This document shows, piece by piece, positions 56,367 through 64,000 of a stretch of DNA of 64,000 nt. Below the pieces are notes generated by a model, which saw nothing but the letters and a program-made list of their open reading frames with translations, did no database searches and was not told where the DNA came from. Numbering within the stretch: position 1 is the stretch's first letter; every line of letters starts with the position of its first letter. Made by a program: the position numbers and the translations under genes. The DNA lies in the sequence record PQ227241.1. The stretch is one strand, 5' to 3'.

Positions 56367-57023
56367 TTAACATACAATTTCATTATCAGAAAATAGTTTA
56401 TTATATTCTTTTAGTGCATCCCCACCAACCATAGTACACCTGCCATAGAGAACAGATATAGCCAGATCTTTAATAGCGGGGTGACAATTATTTAACTTAC
56501 TGATTAGTTGAGCTTTCTCAGTCAGATACAGTTCAGCAAAATCAGGCTTATCATTAACAATCGACCACATGTTTGAAATGGAATCTAGTAACTTAAGAGA
56601 TTGACCACTCCATGAAATGCGAGAAAGTCTTTCATGTTGTAAACTAATCCTAGTTTTACGATTACCTTCGTAAGTTACATTTGTTAGTTCAGTTACTAAA
56701 TTAACAACAGGGATTGAGAATAGTTTAGTTAGATCAGAAGCAGTTACAGCAGTATCCTCAATTACATCATGTAACCATGCTGCTTTATAAGCAGCGTGAG
56801 ATAGGTCGAATAATTGCGCCATCTCAGCTACTTGTAATAAATGATGCCAGTAAGGTTTTCCTGAACCATCTCGCAATTGACCAACAGCAGTATGTGCCGC
56901 AATGGCATATGATGCAGCCATTGCATTACCCGCATTGGAATATTTGCCATTACCTAGATGGTTAGTTAAGAGAATATTCTCTTTCCCTCCTTCTAGAATA
57001 TCGATAATTTCATTCATTAGCAT
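56367..57023 (-). CDS. HD-domain small alarmone hydrolase (Mesh1/SpoT-HD-like)
   Basis: AHTAVGQLRDGSGKPYWHH, AAWLHDVIEDT, LVTELT, LKLLDSISN; no synthetase domain. Confidence 0.8.
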   Translation of the reverse strand: MLMNEIIDILEGGKENILLTNHLGNGKYSNAGNAMAASYAIAAHTAVGQLRDGSGKPYWHHLLQVAEMAQLFDLSHAAYKAAWLHDVIEDTAVTASDLTKLFSIPVVNLVTELTNVTYEGNRKTRISLQHERLSRISWSGQSLKLLDSISNMWSIVNDKPDFAELYLTEKAQLISKLNNCHPAIKDLAISVLYGRCTMVGGDALKEYNKLFSDNEIVC

Positions 57024-57053
57024 AGCTATATTCCTATTTAAATTATTGGAAAC

Positions 57054-57488
57054 CTAATATAGGTCTTCACTAAATAAATATTTAGTTACTAATCTATTTT
57101 CTAATTCAGCTCGATATAACTGATTATTATTCTTAGCGATAATTACTGCTTCTTCCCTAGAGTGGAAGTTTTCATACTGATCAATAAAACCTTGTTCATG
57201 ATCATCTCCTGCATATTCATGCAATACCTTAAGACCACCATACATTAGCTGTTGTTGAGTCATTATGATTGATGAATGCCTCGCTGCAATGAAATAAACA
57301 TCCTTCCATCTATTGCAGGCGGCAACTATCCTTAATTTCACATCGGGATGTTGTTCCCACCACCATAGACCAGTTTCCTCATTCCAATACCTTTCTTTCA
57401 TTTGAGTTTTTCTAAACTCACCTTGTATGTCTAAAAGTCTAAATGCCTCTTCTTTAGACATAGCTTGTAGAATAGGATACTTATCCAT
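57054..57488 (-). CDS. Hypothetical protein
   Basis: 144 aa; ARH and QGFIDQ...SREEA motifs. Confidence 0.7.
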   Translation of the reverse strand: MDKYPILQAMSKEEAFRLLDIQGEFRKTQMKERYWNEETGLWWWEQHPDVKLRIVAACNRWKDVYFIAARHSSIIMTQQQLMYGGLKVLHEYAGDDHEQGFIDQYENFHSREEAVIIAKNNNQLYRAELENRLVTKYLFSEDLY

Positions 57489-57517
57489 TTAATACAGATA
57501 CCTAATTGCGAAATAGA

Positions 57518-57537
57518 AAGAGCCCCGAAGGGCTCTT
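57518..57537 (-). terminator. Intrinsic terminator (UUCG)
   Basis: aagagccc-cgaa-gggctctt. Confidence 0.8.
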
Positions 57538-57538
57538 A

Positions 57539-57895
57539 TTATACAAGTAGCTTTTCAATAGTGAAGCTTGTCCAGACCATTGCCCTATAACCAACACTCT
57601 CTTCAGTATAAGTGATATCATCAAACTTATTAGGTGGCATGAAACCACGTTGTGTACTAGCATCAGTCACAACAAGATTAGAATCTTTTAAAGTTTCATT
57701 TAGAGCCTTAAGTTTATCCTTACTAATTGATCCCTTAACATGGAACTTAAAATAAGCATAGCCTTTATGATTGATACGACAACTTTCAAGAACAGTTTGT
57801 TTATCATTCATTTGACTCATCAGATCACTAATAACTGCATCATCTACAGGAGTATCATCATTGACAATATTGATTAATTCAATATAAGTTGGCAT
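57539..57895 (-). CDS. Hypothetical protein
   Basis: 118 aa, AAGGA RBS. Confidence 0.7.
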   Translation of the reverse strand: MPTYIELINIVNDDTPVDDAVISDLMSQMNDKQTVLESCRINHKGYAYFKFHVKGSISKDKLKALNETLKDSNLVVTDASTQRGFMPPNKFDDITYTEESVGYRAMVWTSFTIEKLLV

Positions 57896-57952
57896 TCTTT
57901 TTGTTTCCTTAATTAGATAAACTACATAAGATAATTTTTAATTGATATTCTA

Positions 57953-58849
57953 TTAAATTTTCAATAGGAACCCATTGTGATTAAATGAGATAATACAGTT
58001 ATGCCCCATCATGACAGTATGATAAGATACTATATTGTCACGTGTATTATTTGAAATCTTGTTCACCTTAAATTCATTCATGATAGCATTATGAATGGCT
58101 AAGTCTTTTTCTCGATACTGATTTGAAAAAATAATAACAGCAGGGTTAATATTGATAGTATCCATTGCATTAAGAAAATATTCAACATCAAACTTTTTAA
58201 TAGTTTCAGATTTTCCAACACAACCCTTAGTTTCATCAATTAATGAAAAACCAATAGTTCTAATTGGTTCGTCCTCATTATGGAAGTCATAATTGGTAAT
58301 GCTCATACCTATCAATAGTCCATTTTTATCTACATTAACTACTTTAGAATCAGTGTACTTATAAATATCACTGATTGCATAACCAGCCGAATACAATACA
58401 TCTTTAAAATGACTAGTTACTTTATCAATAATAAAGTTTTGATAATCTGTTTGATATAGTTTATCACTATGTTCAAGCTTTTTGATAATATCACTTAGTT
58501 CATGATACACGTTGGTAAAACTATTCGAAAAATAATTATCTTTTATTCCTAACCTAGTTAACAGATCTAGCTGGATTTCTTTTTTAGATAGTTTCGTAGA
58601 ATTACTAAGTTTTTCAATGACGGATGTAATTGTACGTAGATCAATTGCTAGTGAAAGTGATTTAAAGATATTATTAATTGGTGTATCAGATAGCTTTGAA
58701 ATAGCTATTAGTAGATTATCTAATTCATCATTAGTAATTTTCAGTTCTTTCACAATATCATTATATTCAATTAGTTTACCATCAATAATATTACAGATTA
58801 AAAGTTTATGTAATTCTTTAATAGTGGTATTAACTTGTAGATTATTCAT
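57953..58849 (-). CDS. Hypothetical protein
   Basis: 298 aa, very AT-rich, AAGGT RBS. Confidence 0.7.
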
Positions 58850-58869
58850 TTTTTTACCTTTTAGTTAAT

Positions 58870-59307
58870 TTAAAATTTATTTACAGCTCTAAGAAAATAT
58901 TCAGATGGATCATCGAAGAAGACAATACTATCAACAACACTATTTTGTCGAGTACACCTTACTTTGATAAGATTATATTCTCTGAATTTATTAAGCCCCC
59001 AAGCTTCTTTAGCACGATGGCGTAACCCACTACCAACAATAGCCCCATACCTAGTTTGTTCAACAAATAAATAAACATCCCAGCCATGATGATTATCATG
59101 GTATTTTGCGTAGTATTTATTGTCTTTAGTTTTGTTTAAACTAAGACTATACCTTTCTGTCTGTAGTTGATTAATATTCGATTTAATCATTTCATTTAAT
59201 TTGGGTTCCACTGTATGAATGACATCGCCAGCAGTAGTGGCCATTACCTTTAGTTTGTGATGCACGTTCGTAAGAACGTCCTCCCAAATGTTAGTAACTA
59301 CGTCCAT
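58870..59307 (-). CDS. Hypothetical early protein
   Basis: 145 aa, GAGGT RBS. Confidence 0.7.
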   Translation of the reverse strand: MDVVTNIWEDVLTNVHHKLKVMATTAGDVIHTVEPKLNEMIKSNINQLQTERYSLSLNKTKDNKYYAKYHDNHHGWDVYLFVEQTRYGAIVGSGLRHRAKEAWGLNKFREYNLIKVRCTRQNSVVDSIVFFDDPSEYFLRAVNKF

Positions 59308-59352
59308 CTATTAAAACCTCGACACATTAATTTGATTTTGTAATACACACAT

Positions 59353-59360
59353 GTAATATA
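59353..59360 (-). promoter_or_regulatory. Early promoter, core only
   Basis: TATATTAC on minus strand between terminator and gene. Confidence 0.5.
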
Positions 59361-59386
59361 TATCTCAAATAAAATTTAGTGCAATA

Positions 59387-59406
59387 GCCCTCCCCGAAGG
59401 GAGGGC
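59387..59406 (-). terminator. Intrinsic terminator (UUCG)
   Basis: gccctccc-cgaa-gggagggc. Confidence 0.8.
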
Positions 59407-59418
59407 CATATGCTCTTA

Positions 59419-59748
59419 TTATCGATTAACTACACGATAATTATCAATAATAAACTCGATGTACTGTTCGACATCATGTAAGAAGCAGCTGTAGCTATAC
59501 CGATCAAGTTTATTTAAAGCTTCAGTTAGAACTGGTTCGATATAGATATTTATTTCAGCTATTGATGGAATCTCAACATACTTATTTTCATATTCGGTAA
59601 GCTGCTCCTTTACCTTAGCCATTTGCTTTTTGTAAATGTATTCCATAGACCATTCTTTGTAAATGGAGCGCGCCCCATCAAAGAGATGGTAACCAAATGC
59701 AATACCACCAAGCACCAGAACACCAGTGGAAATAGATGACATATTCAT
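59419..59748 (-). CDS. Membrane-anchored early protein
   Basis: N-terminal hydrophobic helix, AAGGAG RBS. Confidence 0.7.
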   Translation of the reverse strand: MNMSSISTGVLVLGGIAFGYHLFDGARSIYKEWSMEYIYKKQMAKVKEQLTEYENKYVEIPSIAEINIYIEPVLTEALNKLDRYSYSCFLHDVEQYIEFIIDNYRVVNR

Positions 59749-59784
59749 GACATATCTCCTTTTTTCAAGATTGAATTCATATGT

Positions 59785-59814
59785 GTAATATACTGTTTAA
59801 ATATGTTTGAATAC
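59785..59814 (-). promoter_or_regulatory. phiKZ-type early promoter
   Basis: Minus strand GTATTCAAACATATTTAAACAG-TATATTAC, identical to 17481-17510. Confidence 0.85.
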
Positions 59815-59832
59815 AAAAAAACACAATATAAA

Positions 59833-59850
59833 ACCTCCCCGAAGGGAGGT
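59833..59850 (-). terminator. Intrinsic terminator (UUCG)
   Basis: acctccc-cgaa-gggaggt. Confidence 0.85.
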
Positions 59851-59877
59851 ATTTATGGTAACTTTGTAAAAGACTTA

Positions 59878-60360
59878 TTATAGTTGAAAGTCTTTATCTT
59901 CTTCAATGATTTCATAACCTGGTGAATTAACTATATTTTTATTTAAACGAACTCGTTCATCTACTAAGTGTTTAACTACTTTAAGTAATTGACTTATTGA
60001 CAGGTCATTATTTTCATCGGTATCTGATTTAAAAATACGACCACTGGTAGGTGAAGCATTTGTAAAACTAATACCTTCATTATCTTTATAAATATCATAA
60101 TACCATACGACATATGGACTATTGGTATTACTTATGACAAATACTAAAAATAGATCTTCATCATCACCTTGACCACACAGGATCCCGATATTTTTCCGAT
60201 GCGTTATACCACCTGTAATAATCAGGCCATCAGCATCACCACCGAATTTAAATATATCATAACCACCTTCAAGTTTACCATTTTCAAAATACTGTAATAG
60301 TGCACCACCTACCACAGCACCCCATGAAAAGAAGTTATCTTTGTTTAGAAACTCAATCAT
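59878..60360 (-). CDS. Hypothetical protein
   Basis: 160 aa. Confidence 0.7.
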   Translation of the reverse strand: MIEFLNKDNFFSWGAVVGGALLQYFENGKLEGGYDIFKFGGDADGLIITGGITHRKNIGILCGQGDDEDLFLVFVISNTNSPYVVWYYDIYKDNEGISFTNASPTSGRIFKSDTDENNDLSISQLLKVVKHLVDERVRLNKNIVNSPGYEIIEEDKDFQL

Positions 60361-60361
60361 C

Positions 60362-60544
60362 TTAAAAATCCTCTTTAGGTTCAGTGATTCGAGAATAAAG
60401 AATAAACATATCGGTTAGGATATTTCTATCTAGTTCATAATTATCTTTAATACTTAATTGAATAGTTCCATATTTAACATTGGCACGTGTAAATAAGATT
60501 CCATATTGAAATATACCTGTAGTACACAAATTATAAAACAACAT
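60362..60544 (-). CDS. Possible small protein
   Basis: 60 aa, TTG start, no clear RBS. Confidence 0.35.
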   Translation of the reverse strand: MLFYNLCTTGIFQYGILFTRANVKYGTIQLSIKDNYELDRNILTDMFILYSRITEPKEDF

Positions 60545-60591
60545 AAAAAGAGAGAGGAATTTATCCTCTCTCTTTATGCAACTAAATAGTT

Positions 60592-60714
60592 TTATTCTTT
60601 TTGCTTTTCTTTAGCTTCACGTTTAGCTTTGAGTTCTGCATTATTAAGCCGCCAAGCAGCTTGCATAGTAGCTAGATTGACAAACTTAGGCTGTTGCTTA
60701 TTTTTAACTTTCAT
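60592..60714 (-). CDS. Small basic protein (40 aa, not in ORF track)
   Basis: MKVKNKQQPKFVNLATMQAAWRLNNAELKAKREAKEKQKE, followed by hairpin 60547-60575. Confidence 0.5.
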   Translation of the reverse strand: MKVKNKQQPKFVNLATMQAAWRLNNAELKAKREAKEKQKE

Positions 60715-60785
60715 TTGCTAATTCCAAATTTATTTCGAATGGTTAATTTAAACTATTAAATTGCTTCATATTCTTCATGCATAAT

Positions 60786-61079
60786 TTAATCCTCAGTCAG
60801 CGTAGCATAATCTACATAAAGATCATTGAGTTGCTCTTTTAATGAAATATTTATTTTTAATTCATTAAGAGTAATCCTATTCCAATGTTTACGCGGATTA
60901 CCACATAGCATACAACGAGACCTACCGCAGTTAAACGGATTATGTTTACGCCATTTACCTTTAGCCTTTGCTGAAGGATTAGTGTCATTATAACGACTCT
61001 CGGCTAGTGAAACATAATAATTAACTATACGAGTATTGTGATGACGATTAAGTTGTGCAGATAGTTTGTTGCTTGACAT
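60786..61079 (-). CDS. Basic protein with CxxxxCxxC motif
   Basis: HNPFNCGRSRCMLCGNPRK; GGAG RBS. Confidence 0.7.
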   Translation of the reverse strand: MSSNKLSAQLNRHHNTRIVNYYVSLAESRYNDTNPSAKAKGKWRKHNPFNCGRSRCMLCGNPRKHWNRITLNELKINISLKEQLNDLYVDYATLTED

Positions 61080-61178
61080 ATTTATACTCCACCTTAATAC
61101 CCCTACCCCAATATGGAGTAGGGTAAAGTATGTAGTAGAGTAAATTTAATACATTAACTTTTAACATTCTAAACTTCA

Positions 61179-61679
61179 TTAATTTTCCACAATATCCTGG
61201 ATGGTACGTAGACTTTTTTGCATTGTCAGTAAGAAATTACGATAAGGTTCACTGGTGTCCAAAAAAGGTGGCATGTTTAACCTATTAGTAACCTCTTCTA
61301 GAAATTCTTTATACTTATAAAGATTAATAGTGAATTTATTACAATCTGGATCAGTAGTAGTTGGGATAATATAATTACGAATAATGTAGTAAATATGAAA
61401 ACTGCTACCATATTCAATTAAAGTATAAGGATTATCATCAATGAATTTCTGTGCTTCTTTTCCTTTTAAGGCGAAATCTTCTCGTTCAACGATTTCATGA
61501 AGTAGCGGCCCTAAGAATTGCATTGGAATCACACCATACATTTTAGCGAATTCCTTAATATCTTTATATGTTACTTTTGGATTAGGATATACCTCACGAT
61601 TCCTACCAATATTTCTAACTAGATATAGTTTTTCTTTTACTAAGATATTTTCGATGCATAGTTCATCTTTAAATAGCAT
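61179..61679 (-). CDS. Hypothetical protein
   Basis: 166 aa, AAGGA RBS. Confidence 0.7.
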   Translation of the reverse strand: MLFKDELCIENILVKEKLYLVRNIGRNREVYPNPKVTYKDIKEFAKMYGVIPMQFLGPLLHEIVEREDFALKGKEAQKFIDDNPYTLIEYGSSFHIYYIIRNYIIPTTTDPDCNKFTINLYKYKEFLEEVTNRLNMPPFLDTSEPYRNFLLTMQKSLRTIQDIVEN

Positions 61680-61728
61680 AAAATATTTTCCTTTTAATAA
61701 GATGGTATTAAACTTTTTTCTTTATTGA

Positions 61729-62562
61729 CTAATATTTTCTTCGTTCGATGCCCTGTAGTTTCGCGAATGTGTCGATCTTGTACTGGTCAACAAAATGCCA
61801 GGCTAGATCGGTAAGTGCATAGATGTCCGGACGTTCGTATTTACCGAAGTCTGGTTTCTCACGACTCAATTGAAAATCGATGAACTGATCTAATATAGGG
61901 CAACGATCTATCAGATCCTGTTCAGTAGCCCCAACCTTATCATTAACCAGTTCTTGGATACGTTTATAAAGGATAGGATCTGTTAGAAGAGGCAGTAGAT
62001 CATGGAATACCATCGGTGGATGTTCCAGACTTTCACGGACCCAAATTGCAGCCAACAGAGGACGAAGAGAATAGAAGTATTTCTTCATCCGGACTTTCTC
62101 ATCTGACAACCAACGCATTTTGGTTTGTTTGGCCATCGAGATATAATGCATGTAACTCGATTCAGGGATGAAGTGCTTTAGCGCAGCATCACGGATTAAC
62201 TTGTAGTCCCGATCAACCTTACGGTAAACGATTGGGGAGTTTAGCCATTCCAAGAGAGTGGGGTTAGACTTGTAAGCAAGCTGAAGAGTCTTAGTGATAC
62301 TCCAACCAGCTAGGTCTAGTTCTTTAGACACCATCTCTTCAATAGTATCACGTGCTTCATTATCCACACGAACATAATGACTCGGATGGTTAACGTAAAT
62401 GAAACGAACGTCATAGTCACTATTGGTTGAAGCAAAGCCCCATCCACGACTACCGGACTCACAAGCATAAATAATCTTTACACCATATTTCTTTTCGATA
62501 CGGTCTAGTTCTACATTAATCGTTACCCGCATCTCATCGTTAACTGGATGACGTTGATCCAT
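61729..62562 (-). CDS. Pol-beta superfamily nucleotidyltransferase (YcgL/RlaP type)
   Basis: YACESGSRGWGFASTNSDYDVRFIY, DLAGW, KSNPTLLEWLNSP, KKYFYSLRPLLA. Confidence 0.85.
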   Translation of the reverse strand: MDQRHPVNDEMRVTINVELDRIEKKYGVKIIYACESGSRGWGFASTNSDYDVRFIYVNHPSHYVRVDNEARDTIEEMVSKELDLAGWSITKTLQLAYKSNPTLLEWLNSPIVYRKVDRDYKLIRDAALKHFIPESSYMHYISMAKQTKMRWLSDEKVRMKKYFYSLRPLLAAIWVRESLEHPPMVFHDLLPLLTDPILYKRIQELVNDKVGATEQDLIDRCPILDQFIDFQLSREKPDFGKYERPDIYALTDLAWHFVDQYKIDTFAKLQGIERRKY

Positions 62563-62969
62563 TATCCACCAACCTTTTCAAATTTGAGTTTTTCTTCTTT
62601 ACCTGTGTCCAGATACATGAACATCGATGTACCCAGCAAGTTGTATACAAACCAACCTTTGCTCACAAGTTCCTCTTCGAATTTCAGTGGTGCCGATAGT
62701 TCGCATATAGCCTCGTACGGGATGACAATAGGCTCTTTCTCGGGCTTAGTAAGAATCAGTGCATGATCTGCAAGCTTCAACCATTGCTTGCGACTACTGA
62801 TACCAAGACCAATACTAAACTCTTCACCTGGATCTTTTCCGTTAAAAAGGCTACAGCGAGTTTCTTTGGTTACTCTATTACCGGCGATACCGATCGTGAG
62901 AGGATCAGGAAAGACCCCCATCAGTTCAATAACCATTTCAAGTTGACGCTTCAGTTCAGTGTTGTTCAT
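62562..62969 (-). CDS. Hypothetical protein
   Basis: 135 aa, coupled to nucleotidyltransferase. Confidence 0.7.
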   Translation of the reverse strand: MNNTELKRQLEMVIELMGVFPDPLTIGIAGNRVTKETRCSLFNGKDPGEEFSIGLGISSRKQWLKLADHALILTKPEKEPIVIPYEAICELSAPLKFEEELVSKGWFVYNLLGTSMFMYLDTGKEEKLKFEKVGG

Positions 62970-63077
62970 AGGACAAATTCCTTTGTATTGTATTTACGTA
63001 CTACATCGGTCCACTAGGCAGGAGTCTGTGCATAGTAGTATTCGCTGAATATCCCAAATGAACCATAGGGAAATAAA

Positions 63078-63095
63078 GCCTCCCCAAAGGGAGGC
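63078..63095 (-). terminator. Intrinsic terminator after thyA
   Basis: gcctccc-caaa-gggaggc. Confidence 0.8.
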
Positions 63096-63102
63096 ATTTA
63101 TG

Positions 63103-64000
63103 TTAGACAGCAACTTTACCAGCAATGTGTGAATGATATTCGTAGTTTTCGATAACAAAATCATCTACACCAATTTCCCGAATATCTTTACCAATAGCTT
63201 CTTGTTTGAAACGAATAGTTGGTAGAACCTTCGGTTCACGAGTTAATTGAAGATCAGTCTGTTCTTGGTGATTAGAGTAAATATGTACATCACCACCAGT
63301 CCAGATAAACTCTTCAGCAATCATATTCATTTGGTTAGCTAACATGTGAGTCAGCAGACTATAGAACGTGATGTTAAAGGGTTTTCCTAAGAAAGTATCA
63401 CAAGATCTTTGATAGAGTTGACAACTCAATGCACGTTTAGGAACACCATGTTGATCCAGCCATTCTACTACTGCTTCATCTGTAGCCTTTTCATAACCAC
63501 GACAGACACGCAGAAGTGCTTTAACCTGCTCAGCACTATCGAATGGAGGTTGACCACGAGTAATCTCACCACTAATCTTATCATGATAAGCATCAGCTTC
63601 GAACTGGGTTTGGTCTAGAGCTTGCACTCGTTCATCTACGGTCAGTTCACGGGTCCAGAACTGAATAAATGCGTGGCAAGGTGGGAGTGCCTGCTCATCA
63701 ATAAGATGTGGCGCCCATGCACAAACAATGATCCGACGAGAATCCGGGTTGGTGCGAAGTTGATCGATGATGTCTTGGATTTGGTCGATACGTCGAGTAA
63801 CCACGCATCGATCGGTTTCCATGGTTGTACCTGGGATATCCGCCACGAAGTCAAAACCACGCTTCTCATAATCAAACCACTCATATTTAGGGATTACACG
63901 AGTGTCTTCAAGATTACGCCATGTCTTACCGTAAACAGCACCTAGATCGCCGCCGACCAGACGCTCTGGTTCTTTATGCATCAAAGCACGATACAGTCGC
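63103..64000 (-). CDS. thyA: Thymidylate synthase (5' truncated)
   Basis: DLGAVYG, SRRIIVCAW, ALPPCH, YQRSCDTFLGKPFN, GDVHIYSNH; frame open to window edge. Confidence 0.95.
   Translation of the reverse strand, partial: RLYRALMHKEPERLVGGDLGAVYGKTWRNLEDTRVIPKYEWFDYEKRGFDFVADIPGTTMETDRCVVTRRIDQIQDIIDQLRTNPDSRRIIVCAWAPHLIDEQALPPCHAFIQFWTRELTVDERVQALDQTQFEADAYHDKISGEITRGQPPFDSAEQVKALLRVCRGYEKATDEAVVEWLDQHGVPKRALSCQLYQRSCDTFLGKPFNITFYSLLTHMLANQMNMIAEEFIWTGGDVHIYSNHQEQTDLQLTREPKVLPTIRFKQEAIGKDIREIGVDDFVIENYEYHSHIAGKVAV

Noticed and set aside
57539-57895. Small protein with its own terminator as a possible anti-CRISPR or anti-defence protein
   Set aside because: No sequence match I can verify and no aca-like neighbour; left as hypothetical

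Overview
64-kb segment of an AT-rich phiKZ-like jumbo myophage (probably nucleus-forming, Chimalliviridae-type; inference from gene content, host probably a gammaproteobacterium). Left end: two conserved virion genes and the large terminase (+ strand). 5.2-19.5 kb: minus-strand accessory/early genes, including a GC-richer block and DHFR. 19.8-33.5 kb: plus-strand nrdA/nrdB, an inner-head-type protein and a cluster of seven tRNAs interleaved with ORFs, a half-tRNA scar and candidate ncRNAs. 33.5-64 kb: about 70 minus-strand genes, mostly unknown but including an Ntn-hydrolase, a full-length BCS1-like AAA ATPase, DUF4262, GIY-YIG-like and deaminase proteins, an array of five secreted two-cysteine proteins, a Mesh1-type alarmone hydrolase, a RlaP/YcgL-type nucleotidyltransferase and thymidylate synthase (cut by the window edge). 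Transcription signals are clear: phiKZ-type early promoters (TATATTAC), late TATG motifs and many CCTCCC-UUCG-GGGAGG terminators, often joined into repeated terminator+promoter cassettes. Best leads: BCS1-like membrane ATPase, secreted two-Cys array, three late structured ncRNA candidates, and repeated expression cassettes. All family calls come from motifs read by eye; no database search was run.
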